Source: an uncultured Gammaproteobacteria bacterium
GTDB lineage: Bacteria; Patescibacteriota; Patescibacteriia; VMEV01; CAZAJQ01
NCBI GenBank assembly: GCA_964485795.1
Contig: CAZAJQ010000005.1
Coordinates: forward strand, 4,678-68,677
Length of the DNA stretch: 64,000 bases
Direction: 5' to 3'
Shown: positions 18,146 through 30,200 of the stretch, one piece after another
Layout of the letters: the number at the start of each line of letters is the position of its first letter
How positions within the stretch are numbered: position 1 is the stretch's first letter
Translations under genes and position numbers: made by a program
Notes under the pieces: generated by a model
Seen by the model: only the letters and a program-made list of their open reading frames with translations
The model's database searches: none
Told to the model about the DNA's origin: nothing

Positions 18146-19483
18146 ATGTTCGAAAAATATTTCCAAGCCGTACAATACTTGCGCTCGCTGCACAATCTCG
18201 GCGATCAACCGGATTATATGAAAGGAAATCCTCGCCCCGAGATTTTCAATCTTCGTTTGCGTCATTTTTTGGCGCTTATCGGCGATCCTCACAAAAATCA
18301 ACGTTATATCCATATCACCGGCACCAGCGGGAAAGGATCGGTCACGGCCATGACGCAGAGCATACTTGCCTCGGCGGGGTTCAGATGCGGCGCTTTTTTT
18401 TCACCCTTTCCGACGACAACGATCGAGCTTATCAAAATCAACGATCAATACATCGCTCCGGACGAGTTAGCCGACTTGCTCGAAAGCATGAAACCCTCAA
18501 TAGAAAAATGCTACTTCAAGTCGCCCTTCGGCAGACCGTCGTATTATGAAATCGTCTTCGCTCTCGCCTTGTTGTATTTCAAAAAACGTCAATGCGACTT
18601 CATCTGTCTCGAAGTCATGTGCGGTGGGAAATACGACGCGACCAATATCATCGAAAATCCGCTTATCACCGTCATCACGAATATCGGACTCGATCATATG
18701 AAAATATTGGGGAATACGAGAAAAAAAATCGCGACCGACAAAGCCGGAATCATTAAAAAGGGATCGATGTGCATCACTGCGGAAAAACGAAAATCGTTGC
18801 GGAATATTTTTCAAAATGTTTGTAACGTTCAAAAAGCGAATTTTACGTTTATTGACGGCAGCGTCTCAAATGTTCAAACATTTAAGGACCGAACGGAATT
18901 TCATTTCCGCGAGAAACCTTATACCGTATCGCTGCTGGGCGAGCATCAAGCGGAAAATGCCGGTATCGCGATCGAAACGGCGCATCATCTCGGAATGAAA
19001 CAAAAGGATATCGTCAGAGGACTTTTCGAAACTTTTATCCCGATTCGAATGGAAATCATTGAGTCGAAGCCGCTGACGATCATCGACGGCGCGCATAACT
19101 CGGAAAAAATATCTGCCATGATAGAAACGCTTTCCACTTTTTCATATCAAAATCTGCATCTCGTTTTCACACTTTCCGAAGGAAAGCCGCTCCGAGACAT
19201 CATCAAACAACTTTCACTTCTCAAACCTCAAGTGTATCTCACGCGATTTGAAACCCAACATCGAAATATCGAAAGCATGAAAAAAATGAAAAATGAATTT
19301 GAACGAAACGGGATAACAAAAATTCACACTTTTTTTGAGCCTGCCCGCGCCCTGAAAACGGCAAAAAAAAACGCGGAGAGAAACGATCTTATTCTCATCA
19401 CCGGCTCCATGTACCTGTGCGGAGAGCTTCGAACGCATTGGATTTCAGAACATGATATATTAAAAAAACGCGCATCAAGATGA
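18146..19483 (+). CDS. folC: Mur ligase family protein, folylpolyglutamate synthase/dihydrofolate synthase-like
   Basis: 445 aa. P-loop HITGTSGKGSV, Mur ligase central and C-terminal domain pattern (DGAHN). Confidence 0.7.
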   Translation: MFEKYFQAVQYLRSLHNLGDQPDYMKGNPRPEIFNLRLRHFLALIGDPHKNQRYIHITGTSGKGSVTAMTQSILASAGFRCGAFFSPFPTTTIELIKINDQYIAPDELADLLESMKPSIEKCYFKSPFGRPSYYEIVFALALLYFKKRQCDFICLEVMCGGKYDATNIIENPLITVITNIGLDHMKILGNTRKKIATDKAGIIKKGSMCITAEKRKSLRNIFQNVCNVQKANFTFIDGSVSNVQTFKDRTEFHFREKPYTVSLLGEHQAENAGIAIETAHHLGMKQKDIVRGLFETFIPIRMEIIESKPLTIIDGAHNSEKISAMIETLSTFSYQNLHLVFTLSEGKPLRDIIKQLSLLKPQVYLTRFETQHRNIESMKKMKNEFERNGITKIHTFFEPARALKTAKKNAERNDLILITGSMYLCGELRTHWISEHDILKKRASR

Positions 19484-19513
19484 TTTGACAGGAATTTTGC
19501 AAACGTGTTATGA

Positions 19514-21727
19514 ATGACGCTCGCAAGTAAAAAAATCAGTTCACAACCGCATACATTAACAAGCATTATAAAAGTCTGCATAGGGGAATCGCCGACAAAG
19601 GCGAAGACCCTTACGAAATTCCTGTCGGCCGACTATAAGGTCATATCGTCGTTTGGTCATGTGCGCGATTTGCCGAAATCAAAAATCGGCGTGGATGTGG
19701 AACATGATTTCACGCCGCAATACGTGATCCCCCCCAAGGCAAAAAAACATGTCAAAGAAATCCATGAACTCGCTCAAAAAGCCGATGAAGTCATCCTCGC
19801 CACCGATGAAGACCGCGAAGGAGAAGCGATCGCTTGGCATCTGCTTACGGCCGCAAAACTCGAGGCAAAGCCCCATCAGCGCATCGTATTCCATGAAATC
19901 ACCAAGAAAGCCATCGAAGCGGCCCTCAAAAATCCGCGAACGATACAGATGGATCTGGTGAACGCCCAGCAGGCGCGAAGAATCCTCGATCGTCTCGTGG
20001 GTTACGAACTTTCTCCTCTGCTTTGGAAAAAAATCGCTCGAGGCCTCTCGGCGGGACGCGTACAATCCGTGGCCGTGCGTCTCATCGTGGAACGCGAACG
20101 CGAAATAGAACAATTCAAACCTCAGGAATATTGGTCCATAAACGCGAATTTTCAAAAAGACGGCATTGATTTTTCCGCATCGCTCGTCAAAAAAGACGGA
20201 AAAAAACTGGATAAATTCGCGATTCCGTCGCAAACCGACACGCAAATGATCGTCAATGACCTCTCAGGGTCGAAATATATCGTGTCAACGATCGATAAAA
20301 AGGAAATCAAAAAACGTCCTCTGCCTCCCTATACGACGAGTACCTTGCAGCAGGATGCCTCCAATAAACTCGGCTACTCGGCCAAGCAAACCATGATGCT
20401 GGCGCAAAAACTTTACGAATCCGGATATATCACCTATATGAGAACGGATTCGCAAAACCTTTCCGCCGACGCGGTCGCCAATGCAAGAACCTTCATCGAA
20501 AATAATTTTGGAGCCGCGTACCTGCCGGATGCTCCGATATTCTATAAAACTTCAAAAAAAGGAGCGCAGGAAGCCCATGAAGCCATTCGCCCAACAAATC
20601 CGACCGCGAAAAAAATCGATAATCTCGAGCCCAAACAAGCCAAAATCTATGATCTTATCTGGAGCCGCATGATGGCCTGCCAAATGACCCCGGCGATTTT
20701 TGATTCGACGGCCGTCGAGATCAGTGCGAGCAACTACACTTTCAAAGCCAATGGATCAATTTTGAAATTTGACGGCTATCAAAAAGTCTATCGCATGCAA
20801 AGCAAAGAAACCGTCTTGCCCGCATTGAAAACGCAAGAAATTTTGGACTTCAAATCTTTGACTCCGGAGCAACACCACACCGAACCGCCCGCTCGATACA
20901 CCGAGGCCGGACTTGTCAAAACTCTCGAAGAATACGGAATAGGCCGCCCGTCGACCTATGCGCCCACGATCAGCACGATTCAGGAACGCAATTATGTCAT
21001 CAAAAACGAAGACAAGCGCTTCGTACCGACGGATATCGGAAAAACCGTGAATGATATGCTGGTGGAACATTTCCCAAACATCGTCGATAGGGAATTTACC
21101 GCTCACATGGAAGAAGATCTTGACGCGATCGCCGAGCACGGGAAAAACTGGGTGAATATTCTTCAAAATTTTTACCGACCTTTCAAAAGCAACCTTGCGG
21201 AAAAAGAGAATATCCTCTCAAAAAAAGAACTTACCGAACAGAAAACCGATGAACTCTGCGACAAATGCGGATCGCCGATGGTGATCAAAGTCGGAAGGTT
21301 CGGAAAATTTCTGGCTTGCAGCAACTATCCGGACTGCAAGAATACCAAACCGCTCGGCGAGGACGGGAAAAAAGAAGAACCCGAAGTGACCGAAGAAAAG
21401 TGCGACAAATGCGGGTCGCCGATGGTGATCAAGCATGGCAGATACGGGAAATTCCTCGGGTGCAGCCGCTATCCTGAATGCAAAAACATCAAAGCCATCA
21501 CCAAAGGAACCGGGGTCGCATGTGCCAAATGCGGCGTCGGTGAAATCGTCGAAAAGAAAAGTAAAAAAGGTCGCATGTTTTATGCTTGCAATCAATATCC
21601 CTCCTGTGACTTTGCGTTGTGGTCCAAGCCTACCGGTGACAAATGTAAAATCTGCGGATCTCTCATGATCGCGGCTGGAAAAAATAAGACAAAATGCTCA
21701 AACAAGGAATGCGAAAAATCCAAATAA
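19514..21727 (+). CDS. topA: DNA topoisomerase I with four C-terminal C4 zinc ribbons
   Basis: 737 aa. TOPRIM (IGESPTKAKTL, ATDEDREGEAIAWH), the active-site Tyr region (YITYMRTDS) and repeated CxxC..CxxC ribbons (CDKCGSPMVIK...). The annotated ATG may be upstream of the true start. Confidence 0.9.
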   Translation: MTLASKKISSQPHTLTSIIKVCIGESPTKAKTLTKFLSADYKVISSFGHVRDLPKSKIGVDVEHDFTPQYVIPPKAKKHVKEIHELAQKADEVILATDEDREGEAIAWHLLTAAKLEAKPHQRIVFHEITKKAIEAALKNPRTIQMDLVNAQQARRILDRLVGYELSPLLWKKIARGLSAGRVQSVAVRLIVEREREIEQFKPQEYWSINANFQKDGIDFSASLVKKDGKKLDKFAIPSQTDTQMIVNDLSGSKYIVSTIDKKEIKKRPLPPYTTSTLQQDASNKLGYSAKQTMMLAQKLYESGYITYMRTDSQNLSADAVANARTFIENNFGAAYLPDAPIFYKTSKKGAQEAHEAIRPTNPTAKKIDNLEPKQAKIYDLIWSRMMACQMTPAIFDSTAVEISASNYTFKANGSILKFDGYQKVYRMQSKETVLPALKTQEILDFKSLTPEQHHTEPPARYTEAGLVKTLEEYGIGRPSTYAPTISTIQERNYVIKNEDKRFVPTDIGKTVNDMLVEHFPNIVDREFTAHMEEDLDAIAEHGKNWVNILQNFYRPFKSNLAEKENILSKKELTEQKTDELCDKCGSPMVIKVGRFGKFLACSNYPDCKNTKPLGEDGKKEEPEVTEEKCDKCGSPMVIKHGRYGKFLGCSRYPECKNIKAITKGTGVACAKCGVGEIVEKKSKKGRMFYACNQYPSCDFALWSKPTGDKCKICGSLMIAAGKNKTKCSNKECEKSK

Positions 21728-21822
21728 TGCCCGACCATCAAGCGGCGATTATTTTTTAAAAAAAATTGAAACAAAAAAATCAGCGAGTGTTCGGATTCGG
21801 TGATGAATAATTTTATTTATCT

Positions 21823-22269
21823 ATGAAACTTTCAAGCCCTGCGTTTCAAAATGGCGCCCCCATCCCGTCGAAATACACTTGTGACGGAAAAAATGTAAAT
21901 CCGGAATTCCAAATCTCCGAAGTCCCCGAAGACGCAAAAAGCCTTGCTTTTGTCATGGATGATCCCGATTCCCCGAGCGGGACTTTTGTGCATTGGACAT
22001 TGTGGGACATGCATCCCAAAACGCCGGAAATTCTTGTTGACAGCGTTCCCTTGGCCACGGAAGGCATGACGAGCTTTGGAAAACCGGGATATGGAGGACC
22101 ATGCCCTCAAAGCGGCGAACATCGCTATTTCTTCAAACTTTACGCGCTTGATACGGCACTCAACCTTCCTTCATCGACGGACGTGAAAACATTGATGCAG
22201 TCCATGCAAGGACATATCCTGTCACAGGTAGAACTGATGGGGCGATACGCGAGGGGAAAAAAATCTTAA
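21823..22269 (+). CDS. YbhB/YbcL-family phosphatidylethanolamine-binding protein (PEBP, Raf-kinase-inhibitor-like)
   Basis: 148 aa. DPDSPSG ... HW motif and GxHRY signature (GEHRYFFKLYALD). Confidence 0.8.
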   Translation: MKLSSPAFQNGAPIPSKYTCDGKNVNPEFQISEVPEDAKSLAFVMDDPDSPSGTFVHWTLWDMHPKTPEILVDSVPLATEGMTSFGKPGYGGPCPQSGEHRYFFKLYALDTALNLPSSTDVKTLMQSMQGHILSQVELMGRYARGKKS

Positions 22270-22376
22270 ACCTAAAAACTCTCCAGCATCACACGAAACG
22301 ATTCTTATTATTCCGCTTCGTTTCAAAAAAATCCGAAGATCATGAATTTCGTCAGTACCCGAAGGAAACCAAAAAA

Positions 22377-24176
22377 TCAGGGTCGCTGGAATTTTTTTGC
22401 GAGTTCATCCCATGTGATATTCCACATGCAGGGTCTTCCGTGGGGACAAGAGATGACGCGATGTTTCCGAATATCTGAAAGCAAGGCGACTTGTTCCGCT
22501 GAAGTGAGACGATCGCCGAATTTTACCGCCGCACGACATGCGGCGGATTTTTTTATGGCCTCTTTTTTTTCTTCGACGCTCGAAAGTTTCGCGAACGATT
22601 CGTCGCTGATATCCTCCACCATGTCAATGATTACTTTTTTGACGTCTTTGATCACGATCGCGGACGGAACGCCGGAAATCAGAAAAGTGTTGACGCCAAA
22701 AACTTCGATATCAAACCCCACCCCCTTCATCGCGGAAACATGTTCACCGAGGACGGACATTTCTTGCGCCGAAACCTCAAGCGTGATCGGCAACAAAAGC
22801 GCTTGAATTTGCGCATCGACGGTTTCATCGGACATCCGGTCAAAAAGAATACGCTCGGCCGCGGCATGCTGATCGATGATCATGAGATGATGGCACACCT
22901 CCACAAGCAGATACGAATCGTGAATCTGCCCCAAGAGCCGCCATTCATCTTGACTCTCGGTGATCGACGATTGGATCTTTGGCGTTTCCGAAACGATATC
23001 GGTGTCTTGCAACAATGCTTTCTGAAATTTCATTGTTTCGGAAATCGTAACTTGCGAGAAATTTTTCGGCCCGCGCCCAGAGTCTGAAGTTGAAAAGGAT
23101 CCGATTACGGGCGCAGATGGCATTGCTTGCGAATATTGCGACACGGGATTCGTACGAAATGAAAAAACGTCTCTTTTGAAATTTTCGGACTTTCCGTCAT
23201 TTTTCATTTTTTCCTCGACCGCCGAAACGATCAACCGATACACGGTCTGAGGCGCCAAAAATTTCACTTCGCTTTTTCGCGGATGCACATTCACATCGAG
23301 CAAATGCGGGGAAACATCCAAACGACAAACAAAAACGGGATATTCGCCTTTGGGTATCACGTTCGCAAAGGCATCTTTGAAGGCTCTTGATATCATCGCA
23401 TCAAATACCGATCTTTGATTGACAAAGAGAAATTGGCTTTGCCGATGGGCTCGATGAATGCGAGGATCCGCAAAAAATCCGGAGACCTCATAGTCCGCAA
23501 TTTTTTTTTGAAATGAAACGAGATTCTTTCCAACTTCGGAGCCGAGCACCTCTTTCACCCTTTCCATCCAAAGGTTTTGAGGAAAATAATGAACGACTTT
23601 TTTCCCGTTGTGAAAACATTGAAAACCTTTTTGAAAAAATAAAAGGGAAAAATCCGTAAAAATTTTCAAGCAATGCGAAAATTCGGTGCTTTCGTTTTTC
23701 AAAAATTTTTTTCGAGCCGGAATATTGTAAAAAAGATCATCCACGATCACCGTCGTTCCGTCCGGCAAGGCACTTTCGCTGAAGCGTCTTTCTCCTCCGT
23801 CCATGCTCGCTTGGGATCCGGTCAGGTCGCTTCGAGATTTGGTTTGCAAGGTGAATTTCGAGACGCTTGATATGGAAGCCAACGCTTCGCCTCGAAACCC
23901 AAACGTATTCAATCGATAAAGATCATCGATACTTTCGATCTTGCTCGTCGCATACCGCTCAAGACCGTTGATCACGTCATCGCGACGCATGCCGATGCCA
24001 TCATCCGTCATGCGAATAAACCGTTTTCCGCCGTCTCGCAGCTCGAGGATGATGTTACTCGCTTGGGCATCAAGCGCGTTTTCGATGAGCTCTTTCACGA
24101 CGCTTCCGGGTCTTTCCACGACCTCGCCGGCCGCGATTTTATTGATAACGTCTTGGGAAAGTTTTGTTATGGGCAT
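22377..24176 (-). CDS. mutL: DNA mismatch repair protein MutL
   Basis: GHKL ATPase motifs (ELIENALDA, DDGIGM) and the C-terminal dimerisation domain. The ATG at 24176 is preferred over the track's TTG-initiated N-terminal extension to 24224. Confidence 0.85.
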   Translation of the reverse strand: MPITKLSQDVINKIAAGEVVERPGSVVKELIENALDAQASNIILELRDGGKRFIRMTDDGIGMRRDDVINGLERYATSKIESIDDLYRLNTFGFRGEALASISSVSKFTLQTKSRSDLTGSQASMDGGERRFSESALPDGTTVIVDDLFYNIPARKKFLKNESTEFSHCLKIFTDFSLLFFQKGFQCFHNGKKVVHYFPQNLWMERVKEVLGSEVGKNLVSFQKKIADYEVSGFFADPRIHRAHRQSQFLFVNQRSVFDAMISRAFKDAFANVIPKGEYPVFVCRLDVSPHLLDVNVHPRKSEVKFLAPQTVYRLIVSAVEEKMKNDGKSENFKRDVFSFRTNPVSQYSQAMPSAPVIGSFSTSDSGRGPKNFSQVTISETMKFQKALLQDTDIVSETPKIQSSITESQDEWRLLGQIHDSYLLVEVCHHLMIIDQHAAAERILFDRMSDETVDAQIQALLLPITLEVSAQEMSVLGEHVSAMKGVGFDIEVFGVNTFLISGVPSAIVIKDVKKVIIDMVEDISDESFAKLSSVEEKKEAIKKSAACRAAVKFGDRLTSAEQVALLSDIRKHRVISCPHGRPCMWNITWDELAKKFQRP

Positions 24177-24191
24177 ACTTGTCCGATAAAC

Positions 24192-24222
24192 GAATACGCT
24201 CTTTTTTCCAAAGAGCGTATTC
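24192..24222 (-). terminator. Perfect 12-bp inverted repeat between the giant gene stop and the mutL start
   Basis: gaatacgctctt-ttttcca-aagagcgtattc. Candidate terminator for the giant gene transcript. Confidence 0.35.
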
Positions 24223-24245
24223 AAAGTGAAAAAATGGTTGCATCG

Positions 24246-27200
24246 CTACAGGACGGACTGTTTTTTCATAGCGACATCGACATTGACGATGGCCTCGTCT
24301 TTTTTGATGTCCAGCACTTGATTGGCCTTGTACACAGGGTGGTCGCTTCTCAAAGCCTTTGCCTCCGACAGAGGTTCATATCCGGTCTTTTTCACCTGCA
24401 GCTGATACTTCCCGGCTTTCGGCAGAAAATGGTACCTCCCCTCATAATCCGTAAGCCTTGATTTTAAGAGCTTCCCATACTCCGCGTCAATAATATTGAT
24501 CACCGCCAGCGCTATCGGCATCCTTGTGGCTGCATCGTACACCACTCCCCATGAACGGAGCGCCTTGGGACTGAATACCTTTTGCGCCAACCCAAACATC
24601 ACGTACAGCCAGAGTATCACCGTATTCGTCAGATTGAAACTTCCATACGTCAGAAGCACGCTTCCCGTCAACCCTATCCACAGTACCGGGCCGGATACCT
24701 TCCGTATGGCCGCCTTCATCTCGTACCATATATTCCCAAGAACGCTCATCGCAAGCTTTTCTTCCTTCACATCCGTCGGGTCTATCGGAATATTCACTCG
24801 TATGGTCACTCCTTCCCTCCCCAGCGTCAACGCTCCTCCAAGGTACAAATCTTCATATCCCGCATCCGCTCTCGTTCCAGCGGGAATCAGCTTCGATATC
24901 CCGGCATATCCCTGCTTTTGCACCTCAAGTCGATACCTTCCCTCCTTCACGAGGAATCCCAATCGACCTTGTCCGTCGGTGACGGTCGTGGAAATCAGAC
25001 GCGGTTTGGCGTTTGGCGTAGCCGTATCAACGCTGTACAATCTCACGATGGCCAATGACACCGGTTCCTTCGTGATGCTGTCATACACGACTCCCCAAGG
25101 TTGTTTCTTCTTCTTGATCCCCAGTACCGAGAGCAGCCATGAGATGAAATGATACAGGTATGCCCAGATATGCGGAATATTCGCCGCTATCGCGGGGTTC
25201 AGCAACGTCACCACCGGCGCTATAGCGATCAAGGCCACCTGGCTTGGCTTCTCCACCTTTTGTATATTCTCTTTCACTGCCAATGCGCTCTCTTTGAGTA
25301 TCCTCACCGCTTCCTGCGCCGTGATTTGCACCAAACTTTGTTCTTCCGGAATCGATATTTCCTTCCATCTCACCAGTCCTTCGAGGCTTGCGTTTCCCAA
25401 AGTGACTCTTTCGCTTCTCAGTCTTCCTTTTCGCAGCTCCGCCGTCACCGCTACGCTCTTTCGCTTTTGCGCTTCCTCCGACGTGATCGCAATCTCATCA
25501 TAGGGCACATACAGTTTCCAATTCCCATTTTCATCACTTTGCACTCGGAACGTCCCGTATTCTCCAAACGTCACATACACTTCGCTTCCCGGCGTCGCCG
25601 TTCCGGACATGGTAAATCCTTCGCTTCCGGCGTCTATGCTTCCAGTGATCGAGAATCCTTCTTCGATCAACGCCTGCTCCTCGGCCGTCGCATCTTGCGG
25701 CAATTCACCGACTCCGATACCTCCGTTTTCAAACGTTGTTTGCCCTTGCGGGTATCCTCCGACAGGGCCTTCTCCTCCCGGCTGCGTCCCGGGCTCGCTT
25801 CCCGGCTTCTTGCCGGCTTCTTCGCTCGGCGGGGATACCGGCTCGGGCGGCACTTCCGCAACAGTTTGCGGCTTGGGTGCTTCCACGATATCCACCCCTA
25901 CCGGCGTTTCTATCACTCTTTCCTGCGGAACCTCCTCCGTCGGAGGCGCTTCCTCACTCGGCACTTCGGGTTGCGGTGGACAATTTTCTTTACACGGTTC
26001 GGTCGGCAACGGCGATATCGGCAGCTGCGACGGCGGTATCACGCTTCTCTCTATCCCGCTTTCCGTGATCCCAAAGTACTTGCTCGTCACAGCGATCCCC
26101 GCTCTTCTCGCGTTCGGGTTATTGGGATCCAGCGGCGGATTCAAAGGATTCATCACCAGATTCGAAAACACCGTATTGAACCCTTCCGCATAATTTACAC
26201 TTGCTTGATTGATCAATATCCCGGGCGTTCCCACATTGCTCGGTAATTGTATTTTAAATTCCACATACCCGATCTGATTCACATTCACATTTCCGATGGT
26301 CCATACGCTCGCTCCTCCGGCCGTTGTTCCTCCGTCTCCCACATTTTGTCCGTCTTGCACTCTCGATCCGCTCACATACCCGACCTTGCTTGAAATCGGG
26401 TTGGTGATCACCACTCCCGTGGCTTTTGCGCTTCCCACGTTCTTGTACTGGATCTGATACACGATCGTATCCCCGGGGATCACTTCTTCTCCATTGTCCG
26501 CATACACCTGCTGCGCATACGTTCCCTGTTTCAGAAACATGATTCCCAAGATACCTTCCGCCATTACAACGACGCTTGCTATCCCCACCCATGCATGCAC
26601 CAAACGATGATGTCTTCTATGCACTCCGAAACTGCTGAAAAACGTCCCGTTCTTGTGTCTCTTCGCCACACTCTCAAACACCTCCACCGGATTTCCCGTC
26701 ACGATTTGTTTTTTAAACTTCATCACCAGCTTCATCTTCTGCCACCACGTGTATTTCCTTCTCCCGCTCAACAGTCCGGCGTTCTTGATCAATATTCTCA
26801 TCGAGTGCAACACCCCGTACAGCAATCCGCAGAGAACCATTCCGAGGATGATGAAAAGTATTTTCCCCCACTCTTTCTGAAAAGCGTATCCTGACACTTT
26901 CGCACGTTTCACCGTCTCTCTTGCGTTTGAAAGCTGTGCATCGACAACTTCTTCGGCCGCTTGCGCTTCGGGGATTTGCCCGAGCTGAGCACTGACTACT
27001 GATTGCTGACTCGGTATCACCCCCACATTCAGCGCTATCACCATCCTCGGGGGATTGATCTGCTGAGTTTTGACCGGAAGTTTGAAGCTGTACACCGTCT
27101 CCAATCCGTCCCCGTTTCTTGTCTTCACTCGAAATTCATACACCGTATTGGGTGTCAGATTGCTGAATTTGTAAAAACTCTTCTGCAGCCATCCGCTCGT

Positions 27201-30200
27201 CTGGATATTCCCGTTGCTCGTATTCACCGCTTCATAGAAATATGCCGTTTGTCCTCGGTAATCCTGCACTTGCTTGAGCACATCTCCTTCCGTGATCTGC
27301 TCCACATCCGCGGTGATGGTGTACCCGGCCGCTTGCGCTTGCGAGACGTCTATCACTCCATCCACTTGTATCTCGATTTCCCTGTCGCTGACCTGGATCG
27401 GTTGCACTCCTTTGGGAACTTCCGCGAGGGTGTACACGGTGGCGGTGTTTGACGCAGACGAGCTCCCCACCACGTTGAACGATTTCACTCGTCTCGTGTA
27501 TTTCGTATTGGCTTTGAGTCCGGTTTCTTCGAGGAAGGAAAGATCGCTCGTCGCATTCGGCAACGTGTCCAGAACTTTATTCCCGTTCGCATCCTCCAGT
27601 ATGAATCCCGTTTCATTGCTCGCCGTATCCGTGAAATTCCATCGTATCACGCTGCCGCTCAAGGGTGTCGGAACTCCGATAACCGGTCCCGACGGCGCGC
27701 TCGGCACCACGGGTATGCTTCCTCCCTTCGTGTAATTGAATGATGACGTTTGTCCGCATACTCCGATATTCCCGTCATTTGGCTCTATGGCAAAGATCAG
27801 ATTTTGCTGACTGCTCGTGAAATCCACTCCCGTATTCCACACGTATACATGGTCGGCTCCGGGCGTAAGCGCCGTGCTCAAACTCGTCACTCCTTGCGAT
27901 GCAGGGCTGGTCGCCGCCGTGTCTTCCGTAAGCGGGCTGACAAAGGTCGTACCTCCGTCCAATGAATACTTCGGCGTGATATTCGCCGTTCCCACCACCG
28001 TGTCGATGAGCTTGTAATTCATCACCACGCTCGATCCGCTCGCCGACGTCGGCGTCGTGATCGTCGCACTTGCGGGGTTGTTGTTATTCAGCTTAAACGT
28101 ATTCGTCGTTCCGGCGGTTCCGGCTCCGTTCAATGCGTCCGAGGGGGTGATGCGAAACTTCATCGTGCTGTTCACCGTACTCGGCAAATTCGTCGCCGAG
28201 GCCCAGATGAAGGTATGCGACACTCCCGCCACGGAACTTGCCAGTCCCGATGTCCCGTCTCCTCCTCCGGACGTCGCCGTATTCCAGCTGCTCCCGTTAT
28301 CCGTCGAATACTGCGCCACTATGCTCAGGCTGTCCGAGTTCGCATCCACAAGGCTGTAGGTGATCGTGATATTTCCGTTCACCGCTCCGCATGATGTCAG
28401 ATTCGTCACCGTCGCCACCGGCGCGTTGTTGTTGTCCACTCGAAAATTCCCCGTCTCTCCGGCCACGCTTCCCCCGTTCAAAGGCGTTACTCGGATGCGG
28501 ATCAAACTGTTATCCGTGTTCGGCGCATCCGTCATCGACGCCCATTGAAACGTTTTACTCGGCGTTCCGTTTGGCGTCGTCGTCTGCGAAATCGTACACG
28601 GTACCGATGATCCCGACGTCGCGCGGCAGCTGTCTCCTCCCGCCGACGTCGCCGCGCTCCAGGTGCTCCCTCCGTTCGTCGAATACTCGATATTGATGCT
28701 TGTGGATGCCGATCCCACGTCTGACAATGTGTAGCTGATCGGGATCGTGCCGCTTTGGCTTCCACTCGGCGTCGTCACCGTCGCATAGACCCCTCCGCTG
28801 CCGGTTCCGGACAAAACGATTTGAAACCCATCTCCTATAGGGTTCTTTTTCGCCCTCATCCTCAAAAGCGCACTCGCGCAACCCGAACACTGTGCGCTTG
28901 CGTCCCACACGAACACATGGGCAGTGCCTGTTCCGGCCGTCGCCGTCAATCCCACTTTGCCTTCCGACGCTCCTCCGCCGTCCGTGGCTGTCGTCCACGT
29001 CACTCCGCTGTCCGTCGAGAATTCCGGTGTGATGTCGTAGGAATTGGTAAATCCGGTGTCCTCGGTGAACAAACGGTGGTTGAAAGTGATATCCGTTGTT
29101 CCTAAAGTTCCCGACGTTGATGTCAATGTCGATCCGATCGTGTCGATGTAGGCCGTGCCTGCGCTACCACCTCCCGCACCGTTCGCAGTGATGTTGCTTG
29201 GTGTTAAACCCAACGCCGTATTCGCGGCATTGTAAATAATGGCAACTCGACCACCGCCTCCATTGCCGGCGCCTCCTGCAGTAACCGTTCCCGCACCCGT
29301 TATGGTGCCGCTTGAAGTTAAAAGTTTCACCGTACCTCCGGCTCCATTCCCTGATCCATCTGCCCGAATCCCTCCGCTCACGGTAATGTTCGTAGCGGAA
29401 ATATTGACAATGCCACCTCCATTTCCACTCGTACCTCCGGAACCGGGTAACGTTGGATTCTCTACGGAATCATAGACTCGGGTTCCCGACGCGCCACTGC
29501 CTGTACCTCCATGACTTCCGTTCGTATCAGCGACAGAATCGCACAATCCGTTGGCGGTATTCAATCGCGCGGTAGGACAGCCTCGCGCGTTCACATCGAT
29601 CAAACCATTCGTATTGACCGTAAGCGCATTCACCACCGTCAAATCCAATTTTCTCGTAACCGTCGACGTGGACGGTAAATGGGTAAGAGCATTGTTTCCG
29701 ACGCCACCGGGATCGTTGATGGTGACATTTTTAAAAGTAATCGCTCCTTCGAGATTTACATATCCAAAAGAAACCGCTAGATTAACGGTGTTTGGATTGA
29801 TCGTCGCAAACATGCTCGATTTTATCATTATCGACCCGGATGCCAACCCGCTGTGATATGTAATACTGTTTGTATCCGTCGTCGTGTTCCGTAAAAGCAC
29901 GGTTCCTCCGCCGGTCCCGGCTTTATCCGTGCCCGATGACCATGAAAAAGCATTAAGCGTAGTCAGAGCATTATCAGTCGTACCCTGAATGAAAATACGT
30001 CCGCCACCTCCTCCACCGGTATCAGTCCTCGCTTCAACGGTTCCTGTGCCTGTGAATGATCCGGTCGCAACCAATTTAATCGCGCCACCGGCAGCATCTC
30101 CGCTGCCTCTATTTGCGCGAATTGTCCCATTGACGACTATATTCCCCCCGGCTGAAATGCGTATCACTCCACCGCCTGCCGCGCCGGCAGCGGAACCGGA

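Noticed and set aside
19514-19600. Possible mis-assembled or frameshifted start of topA (N-terminal 20-residue extension before the TOPRIM IGESPTKAKT motif)
   Set aside because: More simply explained by a downstream non-ATG start or a short lineage-specific extension. The reading frame is continuous.
22270-22376. Hairpin gaaacga-N-tcgtttc between convergent PEBP and mutL genes as a terminator
   Set aside because: The U-run lies on the wrong side of the stem for either strand. It may still be a weak or factor-dependent terminator, but I cannot support it.
25149-26246. 365-aa arginine-rich plus-strand ORF
   Set aside because: Antisense inside the giant gene with extreme R/H/L bias and no start context. 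Spurious.
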